Shown here: one piece after another, positions 40,364 through 52,381 of the stretch
How positions within the stretch are numbered: the first letter of the stretch is position 1
Layout of the letters: every line of letters begins with the position of its first letter
From: Octopus bimaculoides
Taxonomy: Eukaryota
Assembly (NCBI RefSeq): GCF_001194135.2
Contig: NC_068990.1
Location: 19,587,820-19,651,819 of the forward strand
DNA: 64,000 nucleotides
Direction: 5' to 3'
Notes under the pieces: model-generated
Database searches by the model: none
Told to the model about the DNA's origin: nothing
What the model saw: only the letters and a program-made list of their open reading frames with translations
Translations under genes and position numbers: made by a program

Positions 40364-41806
40364 ACATGTGTGATTATCTATGTGTCTCTTTGTGTCTTCA
40401 TCACCCCTTTGAGATCGGTGTTGGTGTGCTTACGTCACCATAACATATTTTCTCTTATATATATATATTCTCTTACACATACAAACACACACGTATATAT
40501 AAGCCCTAGAATTCGCAAGGCCGGCAATTCAGTTTCTATGACGCATAAGTGACCACAACGTTCCCCATGAACGGGATAATGATTCGTTGTAGAGTGCAAA
40601 ATTAGCGATCTTGTTGAGAGGGGCGGGGCAGGGACAGACAGGTCGATTACTTCGACTCCAGTGCTTGTCTTGTACTTTAATCTATTGACACTAGAGGGAT
40701 AGAAGTTGACCTTTGCGGGGCTTGAACATCAGAACCTAAATAGCTGCAAGAAATGTCGTTAGACATATTGCTCGACGTACAAACGATATTACTAGCTCAC
40801 CTTATATATGTGTGTGTGTGTGTGTGCATTGATAGATAGGCATGTGTGTGTATATATGTATATGTATGTATGTTTGTATAAAGAAATCATTTCTATTATT
40901 CATCTACTTAACCTCTCTTAGAGAAACGAATTTTCTTTACAATTTCTCTACTTCATACTGTCTTGTATTTCTATATTTTTGATTTTAAAAGGTAGACTGA
41001 AGAGAACAAATTCAAAATTAATATATTATTATTATTATTATTATTATTATTTATTATTATTATCAGGAAATATATCAATGCAATTAATTAGTAAACACAT
41101 GTATCTTAGGTATCTAATAGCATCAGTACATTTATCATACAGAATTTTTTAAAGAAAATCATATTAGTCTTAAAGAATGCTATATTCTTCACAAATTAAA
41201 AATATTGTATCTAATTTGTTGAAACTAAAATAGTTTCTTTTTCTCTGAGGATTTACTGACATTTTTCTATCTTTTTCAATTGCCGCATTTTCATTCTATA
41301 TATAACTACTTCCACCCTCTTTCTTTTTCTACTTACATTTCTTCTCCTTTTCCTTTCTATATAACTCCTGATCGTAACCATGTTACTGTCTATACTGTCT
41401 CGTATTCGCTTTCTACCTGATACCTTCTCTCACTCTGCTACTCATCCCCTCTCCTACCCCACTTCTCTCATTTATCCTGTATCATATTCCGTTTTTTTTT
41501 GTTTTTGTCTTTCAATATAACTACTTTCAATATTCAGAATATCTACTTCAAATTTTATCTTAAAAGCAGTAACACAGTTTAATGTAGTGAAAAAGATTTA
41601 CATTAGCAATACATGTTTATTTGCTATGAAGAGAAAAGAACATTGGAGTCTGTTGAGATTTTGATAAACAACAATTTATTCTTTTCGTACACAAGAAATG
41701 ACAGTTGTTGTTACAACGAACGACAAAACATCGAGAGTTTTTGTTCTTGGTGTAGTGGCTGCAGCAGTTAAAGTGTCGTTAGTTGCTTGCCGGCTACTGA
41801 CTTCTA

Positions 41807-41962
41807 ATGTCGTTCGTCCTCCGACTGTTCATTGCCTTTCTGTTGTTAGCTGCTGTCAGCCGACTTTGTTTGTCAACTCCGACGTTGTCTGTCACTGCTC
41901 TCTCAGCTGCATCCCAAAGCTCTGTGTCTAGTAGTCACGATGTACTGCATTTATGCCGGACG
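41807..41962 (+). CDS. Candidate first coding exon with a signal-peptide-like N-terminus (nested gene or alternative start)
   Basis: ATG at 41807 gives MSFVLRLFIAFLLLAAVSRLCLS-TPTLSVTALSAASQSSVSSSHDVLHLCRT, followed by the donor-like ACG|GTAGGT. Lies in a non-repetitive, locally GC/CpG-richer stretch. No homology recognised. Confidence 0.25.
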
Positions 41963-43742
41963 GTAGGTTCAAATGGAAGCGCGCCAAAAGAAAGCGATCC
42001 TATTTGACACGATGCCGTGTTTGGTCAGAGTTTGTTGATCATGTCGGCAATATCTTAGTGAATTGTGATATCGAGCAATGGCTGAATATTCCGGCTACAA
42101 CTATAATAAATTTATTTTACCTTGCGAAAAAATTGATAGTTATAATAAAGTATAACCATCAAGTTAACTAGAGAAAAAGCCGACATGTCATTCACCAATT
42201 TTAAAGATTTACTTTTAAATGTGGTTGGTAAATATTTGGGCTGTTATACCCTTTCCCCCGCCCTCGATGTATTTTAAACGTCTTTCGTTGCCTTCGTTGC
42301 ATGTTAAGCAGCAGTAGCTCGAAACTTATAAGTGCTAATCTGTTCACTCAAGATCATGGCATATTTCTTCTTGGTAAACACGTACTCTGTCAGAATTCCA
42401 ACTAGGTTTAATTATTTGAAGCATTGATCTACTATCGAGATCTGTACTCGTGTTCCACTACACTCAGGTCCGCGACCGAGGCTTACGCTTTTGACACTTA
42501 ATGATGTGATACCCATGCACCTAGTAGTGTACACAGACGATAATAATATCAGTATAGTTTAGTATAATAATGAGAGCAATTTGCATCTGACGAATGCTTT
42601 CTTATTGAATAATCTTACGATAGTTACTGCTATGTGATTACATAATGATAGATGGTCATAGGGTTGCATGATGAAGCTGGTCTTAGATCAATGAATAACA
42701 TCAGCAGTAAGAGAGCAGGTAAGTTAACGTAGGCTAAACTACGGCTCAGAAATTTATGTGTGGTTCCTAAGATTATATTGGATTCCATAGCCATTGTTCT
42801 TAATCTTACCAACCAGATTTCAACATTTTACTTGCCAAAATGAAGACTCTTTAAAAGCATTCAACAAGCAGGGATTAAACAATCTTTCTTAGCGAGTGAA
42901 AAGTAGGAACTGTATATTTAACTTTTATCGTACGCCTTGAATAATTTTCAGTCGACTAAATCGACGCTAACACTTTTTCATGCCTACTACTTACTCTATT
43001 AGTTCCTTTTGCCGAACCGCTCGTTTGCAGCGTCTGATACCCACCATCACCTGTTGTAAAGCGGTGTAGTGGAGGAGAAATACTGACACAAAGAAACACA
43101 AACACAAAATAACACAAACACGACGGGCTCCTTTCAGTTTCCGTCAATCAAGTTCACTCACAAGACTTTGGCTAGCCCTAGGCTATCGTAGAAGATACTT
43201 GCCCAAAGTACAACGCAGTGGGACTGAACCGGGAAGTATGTGGCTGGGAAGCAAACTTCTTACCTCACAGCTATGCTTAAAGATATTTTTGTGGCTGAAC
43301 TTATGAAACACCTTGGCCACTCCTAGTCTATAATCGTTAGGCCTTCAAGAAATAGCTGCCAAATCTCCATCAAAGTGTACCCGATCATCACAGAAAGCAA
43401 AACACACAAAATAATCTATCCCTGTGTATTTTATGACTGCAAATCGAAAAGTAGGATGGCTATTGTGGCATTCATTATCATTCTCTATTGTCGGTGCCGC
43501 CTGGTATTAAACAACAAAACAATAACATAATACCGAACAGCCACTAACGCGACCGGTAACCACAACAAAGACGAAAATCATCTGCCGCATTCTATGTTAA
43601 CCGCAAATTCCTGATTTCAGGGTTCAGTAAGTGAGTGGCAGGCAAGGTATGGCTGTTGCTCACTCAACGTCTACAATGTATCACAATTGTTGGGAAAGGT
43701 ATGCTTGCAATGGGCGAGCCATCCTACATCGGTAAATGATAA

Positions 43743-43821
<79 letters not shown>

Positions 43822-45039
43822 ATAGATAGATAGATATACATGCACACATACACACATATATATAAGTCTTTGAGAGGAAGAAGTGTTTATTATATAACAA
43901 AGCGTAGGAGAAAAGTAAAATAAATATATAAGATGTTAGCAGAAAAAAGGTGTATGTGTGTGAAGGTGTGTTTGTATGCTTAAGAAGCACGCGTTGAAGT
44001 CATGTACTTTCAGATTTCCATATTCTGTCCCACTATGTGGCACCTTAGGCAAGTGTTTTCTCCCATAGCCTCGGACCTTGTTAGTGAATTTGTTAAGCGG
44101 AGACTGCGTTAAAGCTTATATGTAGGTCAAAATGTGTGTGTATGTTTCTTTATACTTGTCATTCTCCCATCGGTTTGTTGGTTTGTTTACGTGCCAATGA
44201 CATAGCGCTTCGCTAAAAGTGACCGACAAATCAAGTACTAGATTTTAAAAGAGATATTTTGTTATATGAAATACACTAACGGCTTATTAACTGTTGAATA
44301 AACTGAATTTCAAACATAGTATTCGTTTGTGAGCGAAATTGATGAAAACTGACGGAAGAAGGTGTATTGGAAAGTTTATTTTGATTTATTTTAAAATAAG
44401 ATCAATAAAGAATGATTCTTTAAGAATGTTACATTTTACAAATAGACATGTAAACAATTTAGATTATTTTAAGAAGGAAAAATCTCTTAAAATATCTGTA
44501 TTATAATATGTATTAAATTTAAATAGAATTTACTACATATTTGTTTCCACTATTCAAAGCACAGAATATTTATAAATCAGATTGATACTCACGTGTAATT
44601 TCTTTAATAAGAATTACACAAGGCGCTGTCTCTCCAAATGTTACTAACGTGAACGAAATTTTTGCATTGATTGAGTAGTACTGTGTAGCATATCAGCATT
44701 ATTTTATTAATTTAATCCAATTGTTCTGTAATTCTGACTGAATTTTACCTTTGTTACAATCGCGTACATAGGAGAATTTATTTATTTATTTGAGAAATAA
44801 ATGCAAAAGCAAAGAACAAGAAAAGGGCTGCCTTTTGTTAATTTATTAATTTTTAACATACGACTTACGTTTTTAAATAATTTGAAATAGACGGAAATAT
44901 ATTTATTTTTACATGTATTTTATGAACTGTTTTTATAAGGATTTAGCTTATAAAGGTTAATTAAGGAATATGATATTCGATAAAAAATTCTTCTTTAAAC
45001 TTTGTTTTCTTTAAAGAAGCATATTTTCTATTATAATAA

Positions 45040-45663
45040 TGATTTCAAATTTTAGGCACCAAGTAAGTAATTTGTGGAGAGGTAGTAAGCCAATTACACC
45101 CCGCCCCATCCCAGTACTCAACTGATACATATTTTATCAACCCCGCCAAAAGATAAAGTCAACGTCGGAAGAATTTGAACTCAGAAGGTACAGAGGGATA
45201 AAAAACGTTAAACAGTTCGCCAGGTGTCCTAACGATTCTGCCAGCTCACCGATTCCGTTCCCTAGACTAAAAATGGTTTCAAATTTCGGAAGTTATTGAG
45301 GGGAAGAGGAAGTCGATGATATTGCTTCTATAATATTTTTAATCTTTTAAGGCGGCGAGCTGGCAGAAACATTAGCACACCGGGCGAAATGCTTAGCGGT
45401 ATTTTGTTTGTCTTTACGTTCTGAGTTCAAATTCCGCCGAGGTCGACTTTGCCTTTCATCCTTTCGGGGTCGATAAATTAAGTACCAGTTAAGCACTGGG
45501 GTCGATGTAATCGACTTAATCCGTTCGTCTGTTCTTGTTTGTCCGTTACGTTCTGAGTTTAAATTCCGCCGAGGTCGATTTTGCCTTTTATCCTTTCGGA
45601 GTCGATTAAATAAGTACCAGTTACGCACTGGGGTCAAGATAATCGACTTAATCCATTGTCTGT
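45040..45663. mobile_element. Divergent SINE family B pair: a decayed - copy at about 45040-45250 and a + copy at about 45350-45663 with an internal 132-bp duplication
   Basis: ttacgttctgag occurs at 45414 and again at 45546; the sequence runs into an N-gap. Confidence 0.85.
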
Positions 45664-46525
45664 NNNNNNNNNNNNNNNNNNNNNNNNNNNNNNNNNNNNN
45701 NNNNNNNNNNNNNNNNNNNNNNNNNNNNNNNNNNNNNNNNNNNNNNNNNNNNNNNNNNNNNNNNNNNNNNNNNNNNNNNNNNNNNNNNNNNNNNNNNNNN
45801 NNNNNNNNNNNNNNNNNNNNNNNNNNNNNNNNNNNNNNNNNNNNNNNNNNNNNNNNNNNNNNNNNNNNNNNNNNNNNNNNNNNNNNNNNNNNNNNNNNNN
45901 NNNNNNNNNNNNNNNNNNNNNNNNNNNNNNNNNNNNNNNNNNNNNNNNNNNNNNNNNNNNNNNNNNNNNNNNNNNNNNNNNNNNNNNNNNNNNNNNNNNN
46001 NNNNNNNNNNNNNNNNNNNNNNNNNNNNNNNNNNNNNNNNNNNNNNNNNNNNNNNNNNNNNNNNNNNNNNNNNNNNNNNNNNNNNNNNNNNNNNNNNNNN
46101 NNNNNNNNNNNNNNNNNNNNNNNNNNNNNNNNNNNNNNNNNNNNNNNNNNNNNNNNNNNNNNNNNNNNNNNNNNNNNNNNNNNNNNNNNNNNNNNNNNNN
46201 NNNNNNNNNNNNNNNNNNNNNNNNNNNNNNNNNNNNNNNNNNNNNNNNNNNNNNNNNNNNNNNNNNNNNNNNNNNNNNNNNNNNNNNNNNNNNNNNNNNN
46301 NNNNNNNNNNNNNNNNNNNNNNNNNNNNNNNNNNNNNNNNNNNNNNNNNNNNNNNNNNNNNNNNNNNNNNNNNNNNNNNNNNNNNNNNNNNNNNNNNNNN
46401 NNNNNNNNNNNNNNNNNNNNNNNNNNNNNNNNNNNNNNNNNNNNNNNNNNNNNNNNNNNNNNNNNNNNNNNNNNNNNNNNNNNNNNNNNNNNNNNNNNNN
46501 NNNNNNNNNNNNNNNNNNNNNNNNN

Positions 46526-46589
<64 letters not shown>

Positions 46590-46971
46590 CACACTTAAAT
46601 GTGTGTGTGTAATATATATGTTCAATCTCATATTATGAACCTGGTTATCCGTTTGCTGCAACTATTTTCCTTCCACTTCCTTCTGTTAACTTCATCACAT
46701 GTATAAGTCAATGTTGTTTTACAATAGAATTTGGAGTTTATTTTTCAGCTGCTCAAATATATAACATATCTTTCTTGTTCTTGTTGTTCGTTGTGTTGTA
46801 TATTTATAATAACTGTTCTTCCATGCCTCAGAGATTGATAAAATATTTCAGTTATGAAATATGACGTTGCAACTTGACTAAATACAATCTGAATTATACA
46901 ATATATTATGTTGTAATGTAATATAATATAATATAATATATTATATAATATGATATAAATATTAATGTGCT

Positions 46972-47009
<38 letters not shown>

Positions 47010-47544
47010 GACGCTGACAACTGTACGTTTTGCCACCAGAGGTAAACACGCATACAATATACACGGCTACACACGTATGTGAGCACTGAAATATACTCAT
47101 ATAGAAAGAGTTGGAGGGAGAGAGAGAGAGGAGTGGAGAGAGACAGATATAGACAGATAGACAGAGTGTCAGTGAGAGATGTAGGCTCAGGAACAGAGGA
47201 GTGCAGCAGGTGCAAGCACACTCCCGAAAATTGTTTTGTGAATGTAGACAATGAAAATTCTTTGAACATCTTTAATTGGACGTGGGTTCACATCCCGCTA
47301 AGCAAATTTCATTCCTGCACTTCTGGAGACAGAGACAGAAAGAGACACAAACACACACACACACAGACCAAAAGGGAAAATCATTAAAACGGCTGATGTG
47401 AAACAAGTCAGCGTTTCGACGCAGCAATGCCATACATAATCGCCGAAACGTCTCTTACTCTAGCTATATATATTTCTGGTTTTGTCTCCTTTCCTTTTAG
47501 ATATTGCCTTATACAATAAACATTATCACGCTTTATTCTTTCAG

Positions 47545-47802
47545 GATCTCACTGTGACTGTGGCCTCCGAGCTTCCCTCATATGAAGTTGAATTGATTGA
47601 AGACATAGATGAACATCATGTAGTCAATCGACAGTCTTTTGTGGATGAACAAGAATGGCATCTCTACATGCATACGGAAACTGAGAAGAAAGAACTGGCC
47701 ATAGACCAAGCAGATGCTACTGTTCGGAGGTCAGCACTCTCTGTGAAATGTCGAGCAGCGCGGCGACCCGGTTATTTTGTTTGGAATATATTTATGGTAA
47801 CG
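47545..47802 (+). CDS. Next coding exon of the same pLGIC subunit (beta7 to beta10, pre-M1 and start of M1)
   Basis: Acceptor ctttattctttCAG (AG 47543-47544) and donor ACG|GTGAGT (GT at 47803). 258 nt, phase 0-0, translating to DLTVTVASELPSYEVELIEDIDEHHVVNRQSFVDEQEWHLYMHTETEKKELAIDQADATVRRSALSVKCRAARRPGYFVWNIFMVT. The join PFDVQ|DLTV matches the pLGIC PFDxQxL pattern; also has the EW motif and pre-M1 RRPGYF. Confidence 0.9.
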
Positions 47803-47954
47803 GTGAGTGTTAACCTACGTTACACCTATGTTACACCTTTTATGTGATTCCCTATTGATAATGAACTGTCTTTCCCAGCCCCACATCTGGCCATACTTAC
47901 AGAATTACAGTCAAACTAACAAGGAACACTACAATACAATTATGAATAACTGTA

Positions 47955-48430
47955 AAAAAAAGCACTAGTGATGGTTCCACATAAAAAGCATTGGTGCTTG
48001 TGCCACGCAAGAAGTACTGGCACTCGTGCCTCTTAAAAAGCACTGGTGCGTGTGCTACACAACAAGTACTGGTGAGGGGCCACGTGAAAAGTATTAGTGA
48101 TAATTCCACGTAAAAAAGCACTGGTGCGTGTGCAACACAAAAAGCACTGATGCGTGTGCAACACAAAAAGCACTGGTGTGATTCCACATTAAAAGCACTG
48201 GCGATGGCACCACATAAAAAGCACTGGGTATGGAGCCACGTAAAAGGCATCCAGAACGCATTGTAAGGTGGTTGGCTTTAGGAAGGGCATCAAGCTGTAG
48301 AAACCAAGCTAAAACAGACTGTGTAACCTGTATCATCTGGGCTTGCCAGTTCCTGTCAAACCGCCCAAACCATGCCAGCATAGAAAACTGACGTTAAATG
48401 TTGTTGATGTTGATGATAACGTTGATCATC
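47955..48430 (+). mobile_element. SINE-like family D: about 11 degenerate 25-27-bp units followed by a conserved-looking domain and a (GAT)n-type tail
   Basis: Units AAAAGCACTGGTG....CCAC(A/G)(T/C) at 47955-48245, then ggttggctttaggaagggcatcaagctgtagaaacc and catgccagcatagaaaactgacgttaaatg(ttg/atg)n. Confidence 0.65.
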
Positions 48431-48991
48431 ATCATACAGTTAAAAGTGGCCAAATGGCGGTCAAAGTCCTTAGCTTTGAGAAATCGATAAAAAGTAAACG
48501 ATTAAAACAGCAAGCATTGCTTAGCAAAACCTACTTCATAATGTAAAAGAATGAAAATAACAATTTATATCATAGATTTACTTTCTCTAGTAAATGTAAC
48601 ACCGTAAGTGATTTTTTTCTTCTTTTCTCCGGCTTATATGCAGTGCGTAGATTAGAAAGAAAACTTATTTAGTGTGACCAAAGGCTTACATGTTCAACAG
48701 AATTTTACATGAGCATGCAAACATATCTGATCGTTTAGCTTACGCAACGGTTAACAAAATATTGATTGTGTTTTTAACCAAATACAGTGCCAGAACAGAT
48801 GGAATAATTAGTTCTAGAAACAATTCTTTCTAAATGTGTGTGTATGCGTGCGTATGTAAGTGTGTTTGTATTGTATTGTGTTTGTCTATGTGCATGTGTG
48901 CGTATGCAAGGGAGTTAATTGCTTATCCGATGCCAATTTACATAACTTCATTTATTGGTTTCTCTTTCTCTTTTTACACGCACGCACGCAT

Positions 48992-49031
<40 letters not shown>

Positions 49032-49053
49032 GCAAACATAGACACACACACGT

Positions 49054-49087
<34 letters not shown>

Positions 49088-49940
49088 NNNNNNNNNNNNN
49101 NNNNNNNNNNNNNNNNNNNNNNNNNNNNNNNNNNNNNNNNNNNNNNNNNNNNNNNNNNNNNNNNNNNNNNNNNNNNNNNNNNNNNNNNNNNNNNNNNNNN
49201 NNNNNNNNNNNNNNNNNNNNNNNNNNNNNNNNNNNNNNNNNNNNNNNNNNNNNNNNNNNNNNNNNNNNNNNNNNNNNNNNNNNNNNNNNNNNNNNNNNNN
49301 NNNNNNNNNNNNNNNNNNNNNNNNNNNNNNNNNNNNNNNNNNNNNNNNNNNNNNNNNNNNNNNNNNNNNNNNNNNNNNNNNNNNNNNNNNNNNNNNNNNN
49401 NNNNNNNNNNNNNNNNNNNNNNNNNNNNNNNNNNNNNNNNNNNNNNNNNNNNNNNNNNNNNNNNNNNNNNNNNNNNNNNNNNNNNNNNNNNNNNNNNNNN
49501 NNNNNNNNNNNNNNNNNNNNNNNNNNNNNNNNNNNNNNNNNNNNNNNNNNNNNNNNNNNNNNNNNNNNNNNNNNNNNNNNNNNNNNNNNNNNNNNNNNNN
49601 NNNNNNNNNNNNNNNNNNNNNNNNNNNNNNNNNNNNNNNNNNNNNNNNNNNNNNNNNNNNNNNNNNNNNNNNNNNNNNNNNNNNNNNNNNNNNNNNNNNN
49701 NNNNNNNNNNNNNNNNNNNNNNNNNNNNNNNNNNNNNNNNNNNNNNNNNNNNNNNNNNNNNNNNNNNNNNNNNNNNNNNNNNNNNNNNNNNNNNNNNNNN
49801 NNNNNNNNNNNNNNNNNNNNNNNNNNNNNNNNNNNNNNNNNNNNNNNNNNNNNNNNNNNNNNNNNNNNNNNNNNNNNNNNNNNNNNNNNNNNNNNNNNNN
49901 NNNNNNNNNNNNNNNNNNNNNNNNNNNNNNNNNNNNNNNN

Positions 49941-50008
<68 letters not shown>

Positions 50009-50829
50009 TGTGTGTGTATACACATAGACACACTTATATGGAAATGTTTTGTTAATGTATATATGGCTATATGTAGGATAATATAAATGTATTAATGTAT
50101 AATATATAAATATAATAGAATATTTATGTGCGTATGTGCGTATATGACTGTCTATTAAGAAAGCTAATGGGATAAATTCTGAATAGAATGTTGTGTATTT
50201 TGCAGAAACATAAATTTAGCGTCGTTCACATAAGGAACTACAAAATTCACAATGATCCAAAGAAGTACATAAGTGTGAATTGTTTCTTAGGTGCTCATTA
50301 TGAATAATTAGGTCGTCGGTGAATCATACATATTGCCAATTAAGATTCGAAGCAATGTCTGTCACCAATGGCATTTACCATATGTATTACTGTTTTTTTT
50401 TTTGCTAGCAATTATCTCTGTTTCTTTGAAGAAGTTATGCAGTAAACAGTTCTGATGAGACGGTAAAATTAGTCGAGTAATATAGCGATCTACGTACATA
50501 CATACCTTCCCACCTTCATATATATGCATTCATTAATACATGCATAAATAGATACATACACGTATAAGCGCGGGCTGATGTGTTTTTCATAACTAATTAT
50601 ACATTTATATAGGTATGGAGACGTATATGTAGAGAAGGATAGAGATAGATATATATGCGTGTACATATCGTGTAATTATTTCGTTACTATGGCGACCAGT
50701 TCTCCAAGCTTTGGTTAGGTAAAATTATTCGGCACATATGGATGGGTGTATGAAAGTGTGCATAATTACACACACATGTAAGAACACCGTATTTCGTTAT
50801 ACATTCATGATATACTATAAAAGTATATT

Positions 50830-50881
<52 letters not shown>

Positions 50882-51186
50882 GCACAGAAGAGGCTGTGTG
50901 GTAACTAGCTTGCTTACCAACCACATGATTCCGGATTCAGTCCCACTGCGTGGTAACTTGAACAAGTGTCTTCTGCTATAGCCTCGGACCGACCAAAGCC
51001 TTGTGAGTGGATTTAGTAGACGGAAACCGAAAGAAGCCCTTAGCATATATATATATATATATAATAATATGATTATTACCATTATCATTATTAGCATTAT
51101 CTTTATTATTATTATTATTATTATTATAGTTGTTGTTGCTATTATCATCATCATTGTTATTGTTATTATTATTATTATTATTATTA

Positions 51187-51234
<48 letters not shown>

Positions 51235-51479
51235 CTATTATTATTATTACTATTATCATNNNNNNNNNNNNNNNNNNNNNNNNNNNNNNNNNNNNNNNNN
51301 NNNNNNNNNNNNNNNNNNNNNNNNNNNNNNNNNNNNNNNNNNNNNNNNNNNNNNNNNNNNNNNNNNNNNNNNNNNNNNNNNNNNNNNNNNNNNNNNNNNN
51401 NNNNNNNNNNNNNNNNNNNNNNNNNNNNNNNNNNNNNNNNNNNNNNNNNNNNNNNNNNNNNNNNNNNNNNNNNNNNNNN

Positions 51480-51518
<39 letters not shown>

Positions 51519-51539
51519 TATATATACTCAAGTTTTGAG

Positions 51540-51583
<44 letters not shown>

Positions 51584-51978
51584 TCAAGTTTTGAGTTAAA
51601 TATTTCCTGTTTGTATCATCAAACCTATGTACACACAGATACACAGTATATATACACATGCACATATATCTTGGTTGTTTAGTTATATGTATACAAACTA
51701 TGGTATGAGTTTGAGTTATAGCTTCATATAGATCATCATTATCCATTCGACTTCGATTAGAGGGATTATTCGGTTGGTGTACGAAGCGTTGTTACTACTT
51801 ATAAGATATGGAGAATGTGTTGTAGAAATGAAAATCAGCACCAGTATAAAAATTTTGCTTCTACGTACGTTTCAGCATTGTTGTTAACTAGTTAATTGGA
51901 ACTCAGCATTGGCTCCTCCGATTGCTTTTGGACGCCTAACCGCAATGGATCATCAAGGAAACACTTTATTGCATAACG

Positions 51979-52071
<93 letters not shown>

Positions 52072-52343
52072 GTAGTCAGTGAGCGAGACGAGGAAGAGAG
52101 AGGGAGAGAATGAGAGCAATATTTACTGAGAAGGATTTAACTAGTTCTAATCAATTTAAAAGCATTTCAAATTTCTGCTGTCAGTCACCTCCTCCCTCCT
52201 TCCCTCCCTCTCTTTCTCTCCGTCTGTCTGAGAAATCTGAACGTCTCAATAATAGCTTATGTCTCACCATCCATACTTGGTAAACTGCTTCGTCTATTGT
52301 CCATTGCGTTCGTTTATAGCTTCATTAAAACTTATTCTTCTTA

Positions 52344-52381
<38 letters not shown>

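Larger units (their letters stand above)
3602..47544 (+). other. 43,943-nt GT-AG phase-0 intron of the pLGIC gene
   Basis: The flanking exons join in frame with no residues missing from the PFDxQxL motif. Confidence 0.8.

Noticed and set aside
45664-46526. A missing pLGIC exon hidden in an intronic N-gap
   Set aside because: PFDVQ|DL is already contiguous with the family motif, so no constitutive exon is needed.
3404-47802. Assignment as nAChR, GABA-A, GlyR or a cephalopod chemotactile receptor, or giving a gene symbol
   Set aside because: No Cys-loop cysteines and no loop C CC pair; orthology cannot be fixed without a phylogeny.
47955-48245. CRISPR array
   Set aside because: Eukaryotic intron; units are contiguous and degenerate with no unique spacers, there are no cas genes, and the array grades into a SINE-like tail.
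50828-51594. Poly-Ile/Leu 'membrane' ORFs; also the poly-N/D ORF at 15988-16335 and the Met/Thr-rich ORF at 63708-63998
   Set aside because: Trinucleotide repeats (ATT/ATC)n with no splice or homology support.
51480-51600. Duplicated actcaagttttgagt mini-hairpin in (TA)n
   Set aside because: Adjacent to a gap and within (TA)n; probably local slippage or assembly stutter.
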